64,000 nucleotides of DNA. It comes from Balanoglossus misakiensis (Eukaryota > Animalia > Hemichordata). Shown piece after piece: positions 27,616 through 39,100 of this stretch. The first letter of the stretch is position 1, and each line of letters opens with the position of its first letter. The notes under the pieces are model-generated. The model saw only the letters and a list, made by a program, of their open reading frames with translations. It was not told the DNA's origin and did no database searches. A program made the position numbers and the translations under genes. The stretch is from positions 15,228,550 to 15,292,549 of the forward strand of contig CM082579.2 of assembly GCA_040954595.2 (NCBI GenBank). The letters are read 5' to 3'.

Positions 27616-28055
27616 ACCCCGATGCGTGGTATAAAAGACCCCCCAAATCAGTGGCGAATCTTAATGCCGTTTGACTGACAACAGACAACACCAACGATCT
27701 TGGCTCTATGAAAATCGGCCCAAACAGATCCAAGCATAAAGAATTACACCACACAACGACAGTGGTTGGCTTTATAAACACACACAACATAAAGTTATCG
27801 ATGAAAAAGTACACGAGCTTTTGAAACAACGATGATTTTGGGAGAAATCTGGTTTCAGTGCTTTTCAGAAGCATCCCTGGGAAACAATAACCACGCCATT
27901 CAAACAGCTGTCAATCGCACAGAGGTGTAAAGTGTTCAATTATTTTCTATGTACATGAGATCAATTACACAGTTATTATGCACGACGACCACTCCCAAAT
28001 AAACAACTGTACAAACACACGTTAATCCGAACCCCAGTACTTTCCGCACCGGGGT
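27616..28055. mobile_element. TTAA-targeting MITE
   Basis: TTAA|ACCCCGATGCG ... CGCACCGGGGT|TTAA. The empty site (single TTAA) is in the left arm at ~11337. Confidence 0.82.
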
Positions 28056-28106
28056 TTAAGGCCTAATGCTAGTGTCACAACATTGATTACCAGACCGTTT
28101 CCCTCT

Positions 28107-28150
28107 GTATGTATGTATGTATGTATGTATGTATGTATGTATGTATGTAT
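28107..28150. repeat. (GTAT)n microsatellite
   Basis: Direct reading. Confidence 0.9.
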
Positions 28151-29162
28151 GCAGCCATGTATGCATGTGTTTGTGTGTGTGTGTACATGTGTGTATGCAT
28201 GTTACATGTATATATGGATGTATGTCTGCCCTGATCCAAAACATGAAACCACGCTTTTTTATTTTGGTGTGTAGATGGGATTTTGCTTAAATGAAGTTGT
28301 CATTGCAAAAATACGCAAATAACCTGTGAAATATGTGGAATTGATCAAAACTCAACAACTGGTTAGACTGCTTTGAACATTTGTATGCATGTAGGTAATG
28401 TCATCATACCTGATATACTTTGAGTTTATATCGTGAATTGTCTATTTTTTATGCAATTATTTTGTCTTGTTTTACCATTTGAAAAAAAATCTTTTCCTCT
28501 TAAAGAGATTGGCTGATTTCTTTAGAATTTAGTATGACACTTCCGGTAGGTGATCTTAGTTGGTTTTGTTTAAATTGTCGCAGAATTTGTAATCTGTCAT
28601 TTTTGGTCAAAATTCATTTTCTGAGAAACTCCTTAGATTGCTTTTAAATTTTGGTATGCTTGTTCCAAGAGGTAACCCAAGTAATGTTGTATATCATTTT
28701 GGTGAAATTTACATATTGTGGTCTTGGGGCAATTTTTGCAATTTGTATTCTTTGAAACTACTAGTCAGATTGCTTTCAACTTTGGGAGGCGTGGTGATTG
28801 AAGTAGATATTATACAATTTGTTGATAGTTGGATAGATGTGGTTTGAGGCAGTTTTTGTCATTGTTGAATGTTGTTTTCCCTAAAATACTTGTCTGGTTC
28901 CTTTGAAATGTTCTTACAGTAGGTCATATCTGCTTGCCAATGTCACATGATTTTTCCCATGAACACAGACATACCTAATTTTGTGTAATCCCCAGATGGG
29001 ACCACAGTGTGTAATAACCTGACCAACAGTGACTAGTATATCCTGTGTGTTATACAGTACTTCTCACAAGGTTGAAGTACATGTAGACTGTTGATGATTT
29101 TTTGCGATTCTTCAGAAACTTACAATACAGAGTCTAATGTGGTAACGTCCATGGTCACATTA

Positions 29163-30655
29163 GTCCTGTTTCAAAATGACCTACATTACACGTCCTATAC
29201 ACATGTTTTGCATGTTATGATTGGTTTATCCGCTTCTCTTAGGTCCACTTGCGGCACGCTGATTGGAGGGACCTTGTAGGTTAGGTCTTATTATTATGTA
29301 TTATTCACTAGACCTTGTAGGTTAGGTCTTATTACTATGCATTTTTCGCTTTACAGCTCCCTGATTGGTTAACGTGTCAGTCTGGTCCCCCATGTGTTCA
29401 CTGCCTCATAATACAGGACCTTGTAGGTTAGGTCATATTAATATGTATTTATTCACCATACAGCTCCCTGATTGGTTAACGTGTCAGTCTGGTCTCCCAG
29501 TGTTCACTGCCTCATTGTGAAATGTCCCATGTGCTTCCTGGCTAGCGTTGTGGTAACACATTATTCGGTATGTCCGCAGATCATTCATTAATTTTCTGAG
29601 AAATAGCCTGACTGATACTATCTCCAACATAAACTGTACCCTGGAAAGATTAAATGATTTTTAGATGGACTTTGAAAATCTGATTAACACATCTAAGCAT
29701 TTTTGCTAACAGTTGTATATTTTCTTAAATCACCCTCCTACTTCTCATCATCAATATTATTATTGTTGTTTTACTATTTTAAAGTAAATTTGTTTTGACG
29801 TAGATGTTGTGAAAAGGAGTACGTTGTCCGTTTATACATTCGTATATTGTTTTCATAAAAATGGAACTATGACGGTGCAGCTTCGTGAAAGAAGTACAAT
29901 AAAAGTAATCATACCTGTAAAGCAACTAATGAGGTATCCCAATTAAAGAAATGCAATGCTATTCTAAACAGTTCTATTGTAAGATATTTTTGGTTTGCTC
30001 GAATGAATAGCACACACTTCGTATTCAGCCAGGTGTTACACGAAGTGATGCGCTGAAAAGCATTACGTAACAAAACACTAGCCCATTTCAACAAACCGCC
30101 ACTGGAAATAACATAAAAAAATTCTCCTGGCAATTTTTATTTCGAGTATCTAGTTCACAGTATCACAAAAAAATGCCATGAATAGTGAAGGAAATGTTAA
30201 ATCCAATCATTATATGAGTGCCTTTCTTTATACACTGGGATCGAGCTTCGACAACGCGCAGGCAGCATGCCAGACAGAATACGACAACTGTATTCAGAAA
30301 GTACAAAAGACTTTGCATAACGAGGCAGTGAAAATTGGAGACCTACACATTAACCAATCAGGGAGCTGACAATTGAATAAATGCATGTTAATAAGACCTA
30401 ACCTACAAGGTCCTGCATAATGAGGCAGTGAACACTGGAGGACCAGACCTACACATTAACCAATCAGGGAGCTGTAAAGTGAATAATACATAGTAATAAG
30501 ACCTAACCTACAAGGTCTAGTGAATAATACATAATAATAAGACCTAACACATAAGGTCCCTCCAATCACCGTGCCTCAAGTGGACCTAAGATTACCAGAT
30601 GGACCAATCACAGATGTCGGTACATATGTCATGGACCTGACTTATGAAACAGGAC
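29163..30655. mobile_element. Right-arm-specific foldback/MITE element with ~350-bp modular TIRs
   Basis: Termini GTCCTGTTTCA / TGAAACAGGAC. TIRs are built from GACCTTGTAGGTTAGGTCTTATTA and CAGCTCCCTGATTGGTTAA subrepeats. Empty site in the left arm at ~10228. TSD not resolved. Confidence 0.78.
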
Positions 30656-31194
30656 CGTTCAGAACTACCTAGTCTATGCCCGGCAGTGTTCTGTCCGCTT
30701 TGCTTCCAAAACTAATGTCTGGCCTCACTCATGCCACTTGCCCAATAAACTAATACCCCTTGCTGGGAATTATGATGTAACTAGCGTCGCTTTGAAGCCT
30801 ATCACATTACTGAACAGTGTTGATTTGGTGTAAGATTATAGTGAAGGCAGGGCTTATTACATTGAAAATGCTACCCAACCTTAATTACACGTATGTATAT
30901 CCTTTGTCTAATCATTGGAAAAACAATGTACATGTACCAAAGACTAAGTAGCTATTTGAAGGTGAATCGCAAGTGGGCACTTTTATTACTTAACCTCAAG
31001 CAGTCGGTTAGCTACCGTATACTAAGACAAACATTCCTGGTGTAATTAACATCACTGTCATTAGTAATATCTATCTCCAATCAGTATCAGTTCTGCCTTT
31101 ATGTTATTTTAAGTCAATTGTCAAGGTTCATGTACATATATTACAGCTTAACTGTCTTGTCAAAAACTTACGCATGTACATGTACCTAATTCTA

Positions 31195-32400
31195 GGCTTA
31201 CCTGTAGGGTTAGAGATACAGTGTTTTATATTAATATGCATTAATATGAAACTAAAATTTGATGGTTAATTTAAGACCCCCCTGAGCAATGGTAACCTCG
31301 TTAAATATGTGCATATCTAATTCTAGGCTATTCAGCTGAAGTAGAAACCTGGACATGGACAACTTCGGGGTCAAAATCTTTTGACAAACATTTGTGTGAT
31401 CTTGGGTAAACTTTGACCTACATTCCTATATTTTAGCATCCGGAGCAGATACAACCTTGACACTTGGAGTGATGGAACTATTTGATTGAGTATTATGTCT
31501 TGCCTCATTAATTATGTACTTACCTAATGCCAGCCTAACCAATAGGGCTGGAAGTCTGGCTTTTTGGACATGATAAATTTGAGATCAACATTTTTCTACA
31601 GCAGCCAGCCTTCTCTTAAAAAGAATGGACAATATAAAGGCTTTGATGGTATACTGAACTTTTGACTCCCTCCCTGAGACTGTGTGCCAATGACGGGATA
31701 GCCTACTCAGCGTTGGGTAGATCCTAAGAAGGCCTCAGCCAGGCATCAAATACAAAAAGCGGAAATCCAAGCTTTAATGGTGGGTTACATCGTTAACTTC
31801 CCTGCAGAGCTGATTTCTCAGACTGTGAGCCAATGACGGGTAAAGCCCCTAGGTAGGGGCCACCTAAGACAGGCCGGTCATGCTTTAATCACAAAGAAGG
31901 GCAAGTTTAGTCTTACCACAACTTTGTCTGCTGTATATGCTTCATAAAGATTGCAGAGTATTTTGAGAATACATTGTGTTAAGGCAGTGTGACCAGCTAA
32001 AAAGTACTGGCAAACACAGCCAATGTGTAATGAAAAACATCTAATTTGGCTGAATAAAAGACATAAAACACAGCAAAAGCACTGTGACTAGCTGAGACAT
32101 AATACTCCATTATGCAGTTCCATCACTCCAAGTGTCAAGGATGTATCTGTGCCGGATGCCAAGATATAGGAATGTAGGTCAAAATTTACCCAAGATCACC
32201 CAACATTTTGTCAAAAGATTTTGACCCCAAAGTTGTCCATGTCCAGGTTTCTACCGCAACTGGATAGCCTAGAATTAGATATGTACATATTTAATGAGGT
32301 TACCATGGATCAAGGCAGTCCTAAGTAAACCATCAAATTTTTAGTTTCATGTTAATTCATGTTAATATAAAACGCTGTATCTCTAACCCACTGGTATGCC
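31195..32400. repeat. Inner ~300-bp inverted repeat (31195-31500 / 32095-32400) enclosing the conserved core (31665-31887)
   Basis: Counterpart of 8509-9706. Confidence 0.9.
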
Positions 32401-34867
32401 TTTCTGTGTTTCATGCTACCCAATATGGGTAAGTAGGTAAAAAGTCACCCTAGGCCATTTGAAATTTTGCTGAAAAAATCTCGTCTCTTACATATGTACA
32501 TTTGGTAAAAGGGAAATTTTAATCACGGAGTAGAACATATTCATAAAAAATATTTGAGGGAAAGAAGGAAGTTTTTCATAGCTTTGGTGCGTCAAATAGT
32601 AGAGAGGTTCCCTTGTTATCCTTAGACTCAAACTCAGAGTTTCCAATCTTTCAGTATTTTCATGATATTACTTTCCATCTTAGATTTGTTCATCTAAACA
32701 AACTGACTGATAGGTATACATGAACATTTTATTGACTAATGAATGTGCCTGTATGTTGCAATTTAAAGAAGTCAGATATTAAACGAGCGCCACACCTGTT
32801 TTAATCAGCCTCCATATGGAGGGTACACATCGCAGAGAGATGACAAACCCCATGCAAATTCAAGTAATATGGCTCAATGGTGCTGATTTTAAAGGATAGG
32901 TGGATGATTTGAAAAATGTTATTGTGGAAAAAGATGTGTAAAATTTGGCAGCTTGTGAGGCTTTAATTGTAAAATCTTTGAAATGTGTTTTACTCTTTAG
33001 GTCCAATTTTGTATATGTCAATATACCATTGGGACCAATGTGAAATTGTTCTAAACTCAGAAACTCAAGAAGGTACTGGTCAGATTGCTTTAGAAATTGG
33101 TGTGTATTTATGTTATTGAGACTTTATACAGATTTTATTTTTCATTTTTAAAGTATATTTTTGGGGTGATTTTGGTCGTCATATACTCAGAAACCTCTAC
33201 CCACATTTTTTTTAAAATTTGGTTTGCATGTTCTTAGGTGTGATTTTATGACAATTTAACAAACCCAGTGATGGAAGTGACAATATTGTTTTTTTTTTTT
33301 TTTGGCAATTTCTGCCATTTTTGTCTGATTGCTTTGCAATTTAGTTTGCAGTTTCTAGGGAATTCTTACTGTGGTGCACAAAATTCACAAAGGTGATTTA
33401 CTATCCTCATGCGCTTTGTTGAACTGGCACCCTGTTGCAAAACAGACATTACAACACTCTTTGAATTGAATTCATAGCTACCAATTTTTCGGGGGTGTAG
33501 CACCTTTTTTATGCCTAAAACTTTGATCGAGAACTTCAAATTAAATGCAACCCTCCAAATATTTGCAATATTTCAGGTATAATGATTTAATTTTAAAGCA
33601 TAAATTTTGATGTATTCATAATCATTAAGAGAAACACATTTTGAAAATAGAATATTAATCACACTAGCAGTCATAATACTTTTGAATCATCACTAAAGAA
33701 CATATAGAAAAATTAAACAGGTTTTAATTATTTATATTTGAACGCAAAGCGTAAATTCCCTTGTGCCATGGAATTGACAATCTGCAACTGGTGGGGTCCT
33801 TCTGCCAGTAAAAAGCATCAGATAAATTCTGCATGCTCATCACCGAGGCAATTTAGGTGTACTTTTGTACTTTGAGAACTGTCGGTTTTCGCAACTGAAA
33901 CTATGTTCACAGGACAGAGGAAAAACTAGAATGACAACAGCTATGTAAGCTAACAAAAGGAACACAGAGCATAGTTCTCCATACTCACATTTTAATGCAA
34001 TAATTTTTGCTGAAACTGGGGCGTCCGTGGGCAGGCAAAGGCAGTTCTAACTCGACTTGCAAATAAGGCCCATGTCTCTTGTTCGCTGAGATTGTCTGGT
34101 TCTAATAATAGCTGTAAGAACTTGATCATTGACCGAACTGTTGGTTCAATTTTGCAACATTTTATGATTTCAAGCTGTGCAATATTTGCAACTCAGTTTC
34201 AACTTTGGTTGAAGGGATGATGATGAAGCCATTTCACTGACAAAATAGCGCTACTGACTGATGTCAATGTTTGTTTACAGTCGAATGCATTGCCATCATA
34301 AAAATACATGTGAGAAATTTCTTATGTGTATGATACACACTTTTGTGCATGACTGCAAACTCTGTTACAGTTGTGAAATTCTAAGGGTTGAATTCATTGG
34401 GTAGAATTCATGTTTTTTGGATTCTTAAACAACCAGTCACGAAAGCTAAGTGGTTACCTAAGATAAACTGTGTTAAATTTGGTCATCAATTGCTTTAAAT
34501 CACACAAGACATTCCCAGAGCTAAAGTTACTGCAGCAGTCAGTTTCAACTCAGCTTGCAAATTGGGATCATGTCTTGTGTTCATCGAGACTGTCTGTAGT
34601 CGAGTTGACAGTCCTATGGGGTCAATGATGAACCTACAAATGTTCTTTCCAATGAAATTGTTATAAATCTAATATTCAGGATTTGCATTCATACCTTAAA
34701 CAATATAACTGTATTGCAAATATGGCAACTCTTCTAAGTTACATTGGAACACCTTCTCGCCACTGTTTGTGCCAAAATGGTGAATAAGCTTTCATTTTCA
34801 AGCCTTAACATAGGCACCCAAAACAAGACAACAGCATTGCAAATATGGCATTTTTTGTTCAACTCTT

Positions 34868-35520
34868 CTCATTTGCATAGTCCAAAATGGCCGCCAAACT
34901 CCACTAACATGTAAATTTCCTATGGTCGTCTTAAATAGTGTGTAGTATCGCATTTGAAGGGTTTTCATCAATATGGGTACCTAAAACAATTTCAACGTGG
35001 TTGACATTGCAATGTTAGACAGCTGTTCTAATTTGCATAATCTAGAATGGCCGACAAACTTCTCTAACATGTAAATTTACTATGGTTGTCTTTAATAGTG
35101 TGTAATATCGCATTTGCAGGGTTTTCATCAATATGGGTACCTAAAACAATTTCAACGTCGTTGACATGGCAATATTAGACAGCTGTTCTAATTTGCATAA
35201 TCCAAAATGGCCACCAAACTCTTCTTAAATGTAAATTTCCCTGTTTTGTCTTATATGGTGCCTAAAATCGCATTTGCAGGGTTTTCATCAACATGGGTAA
35301 CTAAAACAATTTCAGCATGGTTGACATGGCAATATTAGACAACTGTTCTAATTTGCATAATCCAAAATGGCTGACAAACTTCTCTAACATGTAAATTTCC
35401 CTGGTTTGTCTTATATGGTGTGTAATATCGCATTTTCACGGTTTTAATTAATATGGGTACCTAAAACAATTTCAACGTGGTTGACATGGCAATATTAGAC
35501 AACTGTTCTAATTTGCATAA
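34868..35520. repeat. 160-bp tandem repeat, ~4 copies
   Basis: ATGGGTA(C/A)CTAAAACAATTTCA recurs at 160-bp intervals (34973, 35133, 35293, 35453). Confidence 0.9.
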
Positions 35521-36130
35521 TTCGAACACCTGCTGGATAATTTAATTTTTGCCCTTCTTGTCCCATGATTATATGTGTAATGTCTCATTTTCAATGTGTT
35601 TACATGTATATATGCAGAATCCATTTCAAACTAAGTGGGCATATTGTAGCGCCAATCTTATTTCTTAATCCGCACCACAGAACTGATGCAAGGTTTAGGA
35701 CTGGAAATGTATGTGGCCATTGGCCGACACCCCGGGCGAGAGGTCTCCAATTATTTTCAGCACGTAGTGTGCTTCCCGGTTGATAACATCAATATGTGTA
35801 AATGCCAAAAACCCGATCTATTGTAATACCAGTCAAATTTTCTTTGTCATTTACCATTTTTCTCTTGCATATGAAGGTTTTTCTTAAAGAGTACATACCC
35901 ATAAACATTTGTATGGGAGCACACATCCCCACCCCCTGCCAACAATAATTGGACAACTTTATTCTTCTTATACTTCTTTTTAGTCTAAACATTCATATAG
36001 AGAAGGCAACATGTTCTTGAAGCTGCTGACTATGGAAATATGATGAAGTACATTTTCCTAGTTGTACATGTACAGTATGATAGGCCCAATGTACCAATTG
36101 GAGATGTGTGCCTTACAGGCAACATACATG

Positions 36131-39100
36131 TAGCTCTGCATGGGCTGGTTAATCAATGTTGACGCAAAGGTTGACCCTACCAAACACTCAAAATTAATGG
36201 GCACGACACTGGCCACTAGCTCTGCATGGCCTGGTTAATCAATGTTGACGCAAAGGTTGACCCCACCAAACACTCAAAATTGATGGGCACGACACTGGCC
36301 ACTAGCTCTGCATGGCCTGGTTAATCAATGTTGACGCAAAGGTTGACCCCACCAAACACTCAAAATTGATGGGCACGACACTGGCCACTAGCTCTGCATG
36401 GCCTGGTTAATCAATGTTGACGCAAAGGTTGACCCCACCAAACACTCAAAATTGATGGGCACGACACTGGCCACTAGCTCTGCATGGCCTGGTTAATCAA
36501 TGTTGACGCAAAGGTTGACCCCACCAAACACTCAAAATTGATGGGCACGACACTGGCCACTAGCTCTGCATGGCCTGGTTAATCAATGTTGACGCAAAGG
36601 TTGACCCCACCAAACACTCAAAATTAATGGGCACGACACTGGCCACTAGCTCTGCATGGCCTGGTTAATCAATGTTGACGCAAAGGTTGACCCCACCAAA
36701 CACTCAAAATTGATGGGCACGACACTGGCCACTAGCTCTGCATGGCCTGGCTAATCAAGGTTGACGCAAAGGTTGACCCCACCAAACACTCAAAATGGAT
36801 GGGCACGACACTGGCCCCTAGCTCTGCATGGCCTGGCAAATCAAGGTTGACGCAAAGGTTGACCCCACCAAACACTCAAAATTAATGGGCGCGACACTGG
36901 CCACTAGCTCTGCATGGCCTGGTTAATCAATGTTGACGCAAAGGTTGACCCCACCAAACACTCAAAATTGATGGGCACGACAGTGGCCACTAGCTCTGCA
37001 TGGCCTGGTTAATCAATGTTGACGCAAAGGTTGACCCCACCAAACACTCAAAATTGATGGGCACGACACTGGCCACTAGCTCTGCATGGCCTGGTTAATC
37101 AATGTTGACGCAAAGGTTGACCCCACCAAACACTCAAAATTGATGGGCACGACACTGGCCACTGGCTCTGCATGGCCTGGTTAATCAATGTTGACGCAAA
37201 GGTTGACCCCACCAAACACTCAAAATTGATGGGCACGACACTGGCCACTAGCTCTGCATGGCCTGGTTAATCAATGTTGACGCAAAGGTTGACCCCACCA
37301 AACACTCAAAATTGATGGGCACGACACTGGCCACTAGCTCTGCATGGCCTGGCTAATCAAGGTTGACGCAAAGGTTGACCCCACCAAACACTCAAAATTG
37401 ATGGGCACGACACTGGCCCCTAGCTCTGCATGGCCTGGCTAATCAAGGTTGACGCAAAGGTTGACCCCACCAAACACTCAAAATTAATGGGCGCGACACT
37501 GGCCACTAGCTCTGCATGGCTTGGTTAATCAATGTTGACGCAAAGGTTGACCCCACCAAACACTCAAAATTGATGGGCACGACACTGGCCACTAGCTCTG
37601 CATGGCCTGGTTAATCAATGTTGACGCAAAGGTTGACCCCACCAAACACTCAAAATTGATGGGCACGACAGTGGCCACTAGCTCTGCATGGCCTGGTTAA
37701 TCAATGTTGACGCAAAGGTTGACCCCACCAAACACTCAAAATTGATGGGCACGACACTGGCCACTAGCTCTGCATGGCCTGGTTAATCAATGTTGACGCA
37801 AAGGTTGACCCCACCAAACACTCAAAATTAATGTGCACGACACTGGCCACTAGCTCTGCATGGCCTGGTTAATCAATGTTGACGCAAAGGTTGACCCCAC
37901 CAAACACTCAAAATTGATGGGCACGACACTGGCCACTAGCTCTGCATGGCCTGGTTAATCAATGTTGACGCAAAGGTTGACCCCACCAAACACTCAAAAT
38001 TAATGGGCACGACACTGGCCACTAGCTCTGCATGGCCTGGTTAATCAATGTTGACGCAAAGGTTGACCCCACCAAACACTCAAAATTGATGGGCACGACA
38101 CTGGCCACTAGCTCTGCATGGCCTGGCTAATCAAGGTTGACGCAAAGGTTGACCCCACCAAACACTCAAAATTGATGGGCACGACACTGGCCCCTAGCTC
38201 TGCATGGCCTGGCTAATCAAGGTTGACGCAAAGGTTGACCCCACCAAACACTCAAAATTAATGGGCGCGACACTGGCCACTAGCTCTGGCCTGGCTAATC
38301 AATGTTGACGCAAAGGTTGACCCCACCAAACACTCAAAATTGATGGGCACGACACTGGCCACTAGCTCTGGCCTGGCTAATCAAGGTTGACGCAAGGGTT
38401 GACCCCACCAAACACTCAAAATTAATGGGTGCAACACTGGCCACTAAGCTCTGGCCTGGCTAATCAATGTTGACGCAAGGGTTGACCCCGCCAAACACTC
38501 ATAATTGATGGGCACGACACTGGCCACTAGCTCTGGCCTGGCTAATCAAGGTTGACGCAAGGGTTGACCCCACCAAACACTCAAAATTGATGGGCACGAC
38601 ACTGGCCACTAAGCTCTGGCCTGGCTAATCAAGGTTGACGCAAGGGTTGACCCCACCAAACACTCATAATTGATGGGCACGACACTGGCCACTAGCTCTG
38701 CATGGCCTGGTTAATCAATGTTGACGCAAAGGTTGACCCCACCAAACACTCAAAATTGATGGGCACGACACTGGCCACTAGCTCTGCATGGCCTGGTTAA
38801 TCAATGTTGACGCAAAGGTTGACCCTACCAAACACTCAAAATTGATGGGCACGACACTGGCCACTAGCTCTGCATGGCCTGGTTAATCAATGTTGACGCA
38901 AAGGTTGACCCTACCAAACACTCAAAATTGATGGGCGCGACACTCGCCACTAGCTCTGGCCTGGCTAATCAATGTTGACGCAAGGGTTGACCCCACAAAA
39001 CACTCAAAATTGATGGGCGCGACACTGGCCACTAGCTCTGGCCTGGCTAATCAATGTTGACGCAAGGGTTGACCCCACCAAACACTCAAAATTAATGGGC

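Larger units (their letters stand above)
26687..34458. mobile_element. 7.8-kb non-autonomous DNA element with ~800-bp TIRs, PIF/Harbinger-like (right-arm copy)
   Basis: TAA|GGTAACCATTTAG ... CTAAGTGGTTACC|TAA (exact 3-bp TAA duplication). TIRs at 26687-~27480 and ~33660-34458. No long ORF. Confidence 0.72.
25979..36060 (+). repeat. Right arm of the ~34-kb imperfect inverted repeat
   Basis: Reverse complement of 2073-13181, with its own insertions (27616-28055, 29163-30655) and an expanded 160-bp repeat. Confidence 0.92.

Noticed and set aside
31676-31880. SECIS elements (AUGA...GA) in the conserved core
   Set aside because: Only ~5 bp separate AUGA from the next bulge (11-12 expected), one copy lacks the apical AA, and no selenoprotein CDS is nearby.
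2073-36060. Polinton, Academ or Helitron identity for the giant inverted repeat
   Set aside because: No polymerase, integrase, transposase or RepHel ORF, no TSD, and the left boundary may be set by a neighbouring repeat.
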